From a virus (Duplodnaviria > Caudoviricetes): 64,000 nucleotides of DNA. How positions within the stretch are numbered: the stretch's first letter is position 1; every line of letters begins with the position of its first letter. The stretch covers positions 1,010 through 65,009 of IMG/VR virus record IMGVR_UViG_3300042691_017518; one strand, written 5' to 3'. Position numbers and translations under genes: made by a program. The notes under the pieces are model-generated. The model saw only the letters and a list, made by a program, of their open reading frames with translations, had not been told where the DNA came from and did not search any database. Positions 58,730-64,000 of the stretch are shown piece after piece.

Positions 58730-59252
58730 CTTTTTTCTTGTCTTGGTTTATTTTTAAAATATTACTAAGCTGAGAAATAAGAGGTAAAAAATTTCCCCAA
58801 CCAAGTCGCATAAAGTTTTCTAGATTAGAAATAAAAAGTTGAATAATTATAAAGTTATAAAACAAATAATGTAACCAATCGTAGATATTAAATTGAAATC
58901 CAAAAAAAGGTCTGTTTGGTATATATCTTGCTGCTAAATTTGAGCAGATTATAAAGACCATGTAGATAAAAAGTTTTAACCAACCTTTTTGGAATTTTTC
59001 AGAAGAGAATCCTTTACCTTCTTTAATCGATGCTCTTATGCCTGTAAAAAGTTCTAGACCAAACAAAATAATAATTAATATTCCTACAGGAACATTAATA
59101 CCCATGATAGCTTCAAAGTAGTAAGCGGTAGTGGCGGCTATAGAACTGATTCCTAAAACTATAGGTAAGCTATTAGGATGAAAAGTACTATCAATTAAAT
59201 GACTTCCGTTGTTATATCCACTTATTTTTGCTATACTTTCTAAAACTTTCAT
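58701..59252 (-). CDS. holin-like membrane protein
   Basis: Three to four hydrophobic segments, ELFTGI..S...G..FSS.K, SNLEN (holin_4-like); next to endolysin. Confidence 0.75.
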   Translation of the reverse strand: MKVLESIAKISGYNNGSHLIDSTFHPNSLPIVLGISSIAATTAYYFEAIMGINVPVGILIIILFGLELFTGIRASIKEGKGFSSEKFQKGWLKLFIYMVFIICSNLAARYIPNRPFFGFQFNIYDWLHYLFYNFIIIQLFISNLENFMRLGWGNFLPLISQLSNILKINQDKKKDDDDSANNS

Positions 59253-59272
59253 GGTCTAAAAAATTTTAACCG

Positions 59273-59280
59273 TAAAGATA
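59273..59280 (-). promoter_or_regulatory. Bacteroidota-type -7 promoter element (TATCTTTA)
   Basis: One mismatch to TAnnTTTG, in the 30 nt gap upstream of the holin. Confidence 0.4.
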
Positions 59281-59282
59281 AA

Positions 59283-59507
59283 CTATTTTTCTAAATCTTT
59301 AGAACCTTCTACGGTTAATTGTGATAAAGCAGCTGCTACTCCTCCTGCGGTTACTAAGTATCCTCCTAATGTTACGAGAGTAACTGGCAAGGCAATAGGC
59401 GCAGCGATAAGAATTCCTCCGACGGCTCCTGCTACCAAACCCACCTTTTGTATTTTCTTCCAAAATGTTGGAGTCTTAGAACTCCATCTGTCTTTAAGTG
59501 TTTTCAT
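59283..59507 (-). CDS. small two-TM membrane protein (holin/antiholin-like)
   Basis: RW...TP.FWKK then two hydrophobic segments, SQLT end; in lysis cassette. Confidence 0.7.
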   Translation of the reverse strand: MKTLKDRWSSKTPTFWKKIQKVGLVAGAVGGILIAAPIALPVTLVTLGGYLVTAGGVAAALSQLTVEGSKDLEK

Positions 59508-59509
59508 AA

Positions 59510-59749
59510 TTAAGAGTTAAATTCTATTGAATTGTATTGTGCTTTTATTGTTCCGTCTTGCAATGTAAAATTGTATAAATAAGGAAAATCAGGAACAATG
59601 TAAATATTCGCAATTGATTCAAATGTTGCCGCGTCTGAAGTCCAATCAGACATTACAACAACATAAGATATTGTATTATTAATATCGCAAAATACAACAT
59701 TCCCGTATTGTTCTAGTTCTTGCACTAAAGCATTTCTATCTACTGCCAT
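59510..59749 (-). CDS. hypothetical protein
   Basis: 79 aa ORF tightly packed. Confidence 0.65.
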   Translation of the reverse strand: MAVDRNALVQELEQYGNVVFCDINNTISYVVVMSDWTSDAATFESIANIYIVPDFPYLYNFTLQDGTIKAQYNSIEFNS

Positions 59750-59751
59750 AT

Positions 59752-60342
59752 TTAATATTTAAAGCGTATATTCATTCTATAACTATATCTAAGTCCATTG
59801 CCTGTAGGAAAAGCAGGATCACTATTTGCATAAGCCCCTTTATTTGTTATTAAGGTTGACTCGGCAGAACCAAATCCACTTGTCCAACTTCCATCACGAT
59901 TTTCCCATCCTAATATTAAATTGCTTGTCCCATTATAACAAAAAGGCGTATCAAAATTAATAACTAACCATCCACTTGTTGATATAGTCCAGTTAAATGT
60001 TTTTACAATAGTCACGTCTGAAACTGGCATATCTGACCAATCAATTGCAGGATTTGCATCAAATGTTGTCGTCGCTGGTGCTAAATGCGCTAATTTAATT
60101 GTTTGGTTGTTGTATGTGTAAGGAACAGTATACCCACCTATTTCTATCTCTATTCCTGTAATTTGTTTTGCTCCTGCCATTTCAGCAGCATTCCAAATCA
60201 TAGAAGTCCAAGAAAAATTAAATAACCCATAAGCAGGATATTGAAAAATATTAGTCGTACCAGTACCAACTTGAAGGTTTAAACCTTGAACATTTACACA
60301 GCCTCCTAAATTGCTTAAATATGGATTAATAATCATTGACAT
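59752..60342 (-). CDS. tail fibre-associated protein
   Basis: MSMIINPY start typical of fibre tip partners; GWLVINFDTPFCYNGTSNL beta-sandwich motif seen in Bacteroidota surface proteins. Confidence 0.55.
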   Translation of the reverse strand: MSMIINPYLSNLGGCVNVQGLNLQVGTGTTNIFQYPAYGLFNFSWTSMIWNAAEMAGAKQITGIEIEIGGYTVPYTYNNQTIKLAHLAPATTTFDANPAIDWSDMPVSDVTIVKTFNWTISTSGWLVINFDTPFCYNGTSNLILGWENRDGSWTSGFGSAESTLITNKGAYANSDPAFPTGNGLRYSYRMNIRFKY

Positions 60343-60345
60343 AAC

Positions 60346-63291
60346 TTATGCTCTAGTTCCTATTAAAGTTATTTTTAGCCCTCTTGCTCCCGCTGTACCT
60401 ACAGCATCTATATCTACAGTAATCTCTCCATCATCTGTAAGGGCAGAAGTAACAATAGTTGCAGGAGTTGCTGCAGTTACAGTTGTTCTTTCGTTATTAT
60501 CAAATGTAAGTTTTGTACCTAACACAGATACACCATTTAGATTAATATCTACAGTAAGCAATGCTCCTGCTGTTTGTGCTGTGGTTAGTGAAGCTCTAAC
60601 TGCTGTTAATGTCATTGCGTGAGGCATTCTAAAAGTAACTTTTGAAGTTCCAATAGTTAAATTGGTTGTTTCATCTGAGGCCGCTGCTTGAATTTCAGCA
60701 GGCAGTGCTTGAAATTCCGTTAAACCTAATGTCGTACTTGTTAAAACTTGTCCAGTTGTCCCGCCTGACGTTGGCAAACTATACGCGTTGTTTAATCTAA
60801 ATGCGCCGTTTGTTCTTGAAATTGAAAATGCAGTTCCTTTTATTACACCAGCGTCATCGTAATAAGACATTGCTAACTGACTTCCAAGGTCACCGCCTAT
60901 TTCAGCACCTGACACTTGTTGCTTCCAACGAAGACCTGAACCAACTTGAAAATTCAATCCTTTTGCTCTATTTGCCGCCGACGAAATATTTATTTGTGAA
61001 CCATTTGAGCCTCCTGCGCCGTTAAAAGTTAACCCGAAATTATTCATGGCTACTGTTCTATCAGCTGATAGAGTTCCATCAGAATTGTAAATGTTTACAT
61101 CAGAAAGTGCGCCTGTATTATCAATAGTGAAGTTAGGATATGTTCCTGTTACATTAATACCACTGCCTGCAGTAAGTGCTACAATTTGATCTGGTGCAGC
61201 ATTTGTAACTGTTAAATCAGTTGCAGTACTTGACAAAGAAATGCCTGTTCCTGCTGTAATTCCTTTAGTTGCAAGTGAAGGCCCTGTTCCGTCATTTACA
61301 AGAGTTTCTGTTCCTCCTGCTGACGCAAGAGTTACTCCTGTTGTAGGATCAGTATTACTTATAGTAAAATTAGGGTAAGTACCTGTTACGCCAATCCCTG
61401 TTCCAGCATTAAGTACTACTGTTTGGTCAGGAGCTGAGTTAGTAACAGTAATAGTACCGCTACTTGTAATAGGATTTGTTCCTGCTAATGAAATACCTGT
61501 TCCTGCACTTAACTCTACTGAAGTAACAGTCCCGTTACCATTTGCTTGCCAAGTACCATTACCACTAGCATCAGATGTCAAAACATGACCTGCTGTAGGT
61601 GTTGTAGTCATTTGGAAAGTAGTAGTCTTTGTTTTACCAGCTACCTCTAACTTTTCAGTTGGTGTAGTAGTGCCTATACCAACATTACCGTTGGGAAGCA
61701 TTGTCATTATATTTAATGTCCAATTTCTAAACTGATAAACAGGTCTTGTTACTACTTGAACTAAAGTAGCTAAACGACTTTGGAATATAGTAACTGGTAC
61801 TGTTCCTGTATCATCCGCAACATCTATAACACCTTCAAGTCCAATTGCTTGTTGAGTACTGCTTCCAATTTGTCTACCTTGTATAAGAGGTCCAAATGTT
61901 CCATCAAGCGCTGTACTATTTGCTATTTGAACATATCCTGAAGCATCACTTACATCAAATCTTGCAATTGGTTCACCTGCTGATGGAATAGCTGTTGATC
62001 TTACATGTAATGGTGTAGATGGAGTAGTTGTTCCTATACCAAGGTTTCCATTGGCAAGAATTGTCAATAAACTAGTACCAGCATTTCTAAACTGATATAA
62101 TGGTCTTGTTACAATTGCCGTAAGTGTACTTAAAGCTGTAGAAAATACAGTAACTGGTGTTGATCCTGAATCTTGTGTTGGTTGAATATATGATGTTTGT
62201 TTAAATGCATTATCTGTATTAAGACCTTGCAGTCCTGAAATCTCAGGTACAAATCTTCCATCTGTACTTGAAGCGTTTAGTATTGTTAAAGCTGCTCCTG
62301 CAGCATCACTTACTGTAAATCTAGCAATAGATTCATTACTAGAAGGTACAGCTATAGTTTGTACATGGAGAGGCGCAGTTGGAGTAATATTAACACCTAC
62401 CTTACCATCATTAAAATTTATTGTATTACCATCTAAGTCAACGGTTCTAGTACCTGTTACAGTTCCGTCAGCTGTATAAATATTATCATCTACCTTATTG
62501 TTAAAAGTATTCCAATCAGTAGAAGAAAGATAACCGTCTGATGCTGTACCTGACTGACTTATACTAATAGCAGGTGCTGCACCTCCTGAAGATACTACTG
62601 GAGCTGTACCTGTTACACTTGTTACTGCACCTGTAGGTATAACTTGATTAAGTGTAGTAGTAGCTACTGAGTAATTTGTATTTCCTTCTGTATGAAAAGT
62701 AATTGAGTTAGTAGTAGAGTCTGTATTAGTTACTCTAACTTTAACTACAATTCTGTCTGTTGTAAGTACAGTTGATGCAGGAAACACTCCATCAGTAAGC
62801 AACATAACTGCTGCTCCTGTAAGAGTTGATGTAGGAACAGCATCTGTTGTTAACAATAATGTTTCTATTCCACCTAGATCTCTTTTGTATACCTCAGCAA
62901 ATACATCCCAAGAATCTCCTGTTGTTCCTGAAAAATGTAAATAAAAAGCCCATCTTCCTCCAGGGATATTTGTAGTACCTGGTACACCTGATGGTGTTTG
63001 AAATGATTGGATAGTTACTGTTGCTCCTGATGCTACTGAAGTTACAATAGTTTGCTCTGCTGAAGCTGTAAGTGTAGAAGTAAATTCTTTATATGGAGTT
63101 TGAGTTACACTTTCATTTAGATAATAGGTAGTAGTACCCGTTCCACCTGGAATATTTACTGTAACATCATCTCCAATAGCACTAGCTGTAACACCGTCTC
63201 CTATAAAGTTTATACTATTTACATCAGGTGTAATTGATACTCCTTCTTCTTGAATATCAATTCTTTTCTTTATGTTGATTTCTGTACTCAT
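60346..63291 (-). CDS. tail fibre protein
   Basis: Thr/Gly-rich, GTVTSV, GYLSSTDWNTFNNK, GNVGIGTTTP, internal duplications. Confidence 0.8.
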   Translation of the reverse strand: MSTEINIKKRIDIQEEGVSITPDVNSINFIGDGVTASAIGDDVTVNIPGGTGTTTYYLNESVTQTPYKEFTSTLTASAEQTIVTSVASGATVTIQSFQTPSGVPGTTNIPGGRWAFYLHFSGTTGDSWDVFAEVYKRDLGGIETLLLTTDAVPTSTLTGAAVMLLTDGVFPASTVLTTDRIVVKVRVTNTDSTTNSITFHTEGNTNYSVATTTLNQVIPTGAVTSVTGTAPVVSSGGAAPAISISQSGTASDGYLSSTDWNTFNNKVDDNIYTADGTVTGTRTVDLDGNTINFNDGKVGVNITPTAPLHVQTIAVPSSNESIARFTVSDAAGAALTILNASSTDGRFVPEISGLQGLNTDNAFKQTSYIQPTQDSGSTPVTVFSTALSTLTAIVTRPLYQFRNAGTSLLTILANGNLGIGTTTPSTPLHVRSTAIPSAGEPIARFDVSDASGYVQIANSTALDGTFGPLIQGRQIGSSTQQAIGLEGVIDVADDTGTVPVTIFQSRLATLVQVVTRPVYQFRNWTLNIMTMLPNGNVGIGTTTPTEKLEVAGKTKTTTFQMTTTPTAGHVLTSDASGNGTWQANGNGTVTSVELSAGTGISLAGTNPITSSGTITVTNSAPDQTVVLNAGTGIGVTGTYPNFTISNTDPTTGVTLASAGGTETLVNDGTGPSLATKGITAGTGISLSSTATDLTVTNAAPDQIVALTAGSGINVTGTYPNFTIDNTGALSDVNIYNSDGTLSADRTVAMNNFGLTFNGAGGSNGSQINISSAANRAKGLNFQVGSGLRWKQQVSGAEIGGDLGSQLAMSYYDDAGVIKGTAFSISRTNGAFRLNNAYSLPTSGGTTGQVLTSTTLGLTEFQALPAEIQAAASDETTNLTIGTSKVTFRMPHAMTLTAVRASLTTAQTAGALLTVDINLNGVSVLGTKLTFDNNERTTVTAATPATIVTSALTDDGEITVDIDAVGTAGARGLKITLIGTRA
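61685..62405 (-). repeat. tandem ~120 aa duplication within tail fibre
   Basis: Two copies of P.APLHV....PS..E.IARF.VSDA...PVT.F...L.TL...VTRP.YQFRN...GN.GIGTTTP. Confidence 0.8.
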
Positions 63292-63302
63292 CTTAATATG
63301 TT

Positions 63303-64000
63303 TTATCTACTTATTTCTTCCCAATCTAATGAAGCATAAGCTCCTAAAGTTCCTCCTATAGCATCAATAGCCATTTCAATAACTATTTCAAAAGGAGTAC
63401 TTGTAAAAGTATTTCTTTCTAGTTGAGCTGCAAATAAAGCTTCTTTTAGTATATCCATACTTGGAGAACCTTGATTGGATGAATTTATATATCCTTGTGC
63501 TAATACTCTACCACCTGTAGTTGATGTGCCTGTAAGATTATATTCTACTGAGGAATCAGCTGAAGCAGGATTCCAAGCTCCACCAGTTATTGCAGTTCCG
63601 TTTAAAATTCTCCATGCATAGTTTTTACCATTACCTAATCCTAACAAAGATACAGCAGTAAGAATAACAACAGCATCTAAGGTAGTAGCTTTAAGTCTTA
63701 TTCCTACAATAGGATAAAATGTTCCTGCTACAGGAAAAGTTCTAGGAGTAAGTATAGGTGTTCCAACTGCTTGTTGCGCTCCTCTAAGTTCATAACCACC
63801 TTCAGATATTGCAGTAGAGCAAACTTGTTTTAATGTGCTTGGACTAGCTGTAACTCCTGTATTAGTTATCTCATATCTTAATGGTAATGAAGCTGTAGTG
63901 ATATAAGTAGAGGCAATTAAGTTAGCATGGTTAAATCTATGGCATACAATAAAGTTACCGTCTATAACAAATCCTAATCTTACAGTACCTTCTCCTAACC
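63303..64000 (-). CDS. virion structural protein, 5' truncated by window edge
   Basis: Frame is open upstream of 63647 to the window end (WLGEGTVRLGFVIDG...HRFNHAN...LPLRYEI...CSTAISEGG). Confidence 0.75.
   Translation of the reverse strand, partial: LGEGTVRLGFVIDGNFIVCHRFNHANLIASTYITTASLPLRYEITNTGVTASPSTLKQVCSTAISEGGYELRGAQQAVGTPILTPRTFPVAGTFYPIVGIRLKATTLDAVVILTAVSLLGLGNGKNYAWRILNGTAITGGAWNPASADSSVEYNLTGTSTTGGRVLAQGYINSSNQGSPSMDILKEALFAAQLERNTFTSTPFEIVIEMAIDAIGGTLGAYASLDWEEISR

Larger units (their letters stand above)
1..64000. other. crAss-like (Crassvirales-type) bacteriophage genome fragment
   Basis: Giant virion RNAP with DFDID motif flanked by two other giant proteins, muzzle/ring-type tail genes, PolA-primase-SF4 helicase replication block, two convergent gene arms, no host housekeeping genes or integrase. 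Confidence 0.92.

Noticed and set aside
1509-61025. Numerous 60-110 aa antisense or out-of-frame ORFs in the track (e.g. 1509-1769, 28905-29195, 44354-44680, 50038-50268, 60311-60622)
   Set aside because: Fully nested in long genes, no motifs, composition typical of shadow frames.
63303-63647. 114 aa protein as called in ORF track
   Set aside because: It is the C-terminal part of a longer frame that is open to the window edge.
1-64000. Stop-codon reassignment as in some crAss-like phages
   Set aside because: Genes are full length and tightly packed under the standard code; TAG, TGA and TAA all end genes at sensible boundaries.
1-64000. tRNA genes, CRISPR array, DGR or invertible repeats
   Set aside because: Intergenic gaps are all under about 70 nt; no cloverleaf, spaced repeat array, reverse transcriptase or recombinase seen by eye.

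Overview
A 64 kb, AT-rich, densely coding fragment of a lytic crAss-like (Crassvirales-type) phage, probably infecting a Bacteroidota host (TAnnTTTG-type promoters, no Shine-Dalgarno motifs, standard genetic code). The + strand arm (1-19679) carries replication, recombination and repair genes: family A DNA polymerase, SF2 and DnaB-like helicases, Sak4-like ATPase, SSB-like proteins, primase, vWA/MoxR pair, RusA-like resolvase, PD-(D/E)XK exonuclease, spore photoproduct lyase, a divergent uracil-DNA glycosylase, MazG-like pyrophosphatase, a degenerate macrodomain and an HNH homing endonuclease. It converges at a hairpin terminator with the - strand virion arm (19745-64000): tail fibres, holin/endolysin, ring and muzzle proteins and a block of giant cargo (ejected) proteins including the 3391 aa virion RNA polymerase (DFDID motif). 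Most notable: (1) the three largest consecutive cargo proteins (6702 aa) have only four cysteines, all at the facing termini, suggesting a head-to-tail linked ejection chain; (2) two cargo proteins are built of unrelated modules (protein kinase, GH73 muramidase, toxin-like helical domain) punctuated by about 22 [FY]xxGGx-hydrophobic motifs; (3) the RNAP C-terminus carries swappable cassettes, one a NADAR domain, bounded by near-identical 20 bp repeats. All assignments are from motif recognition by eye; no database searches were run.
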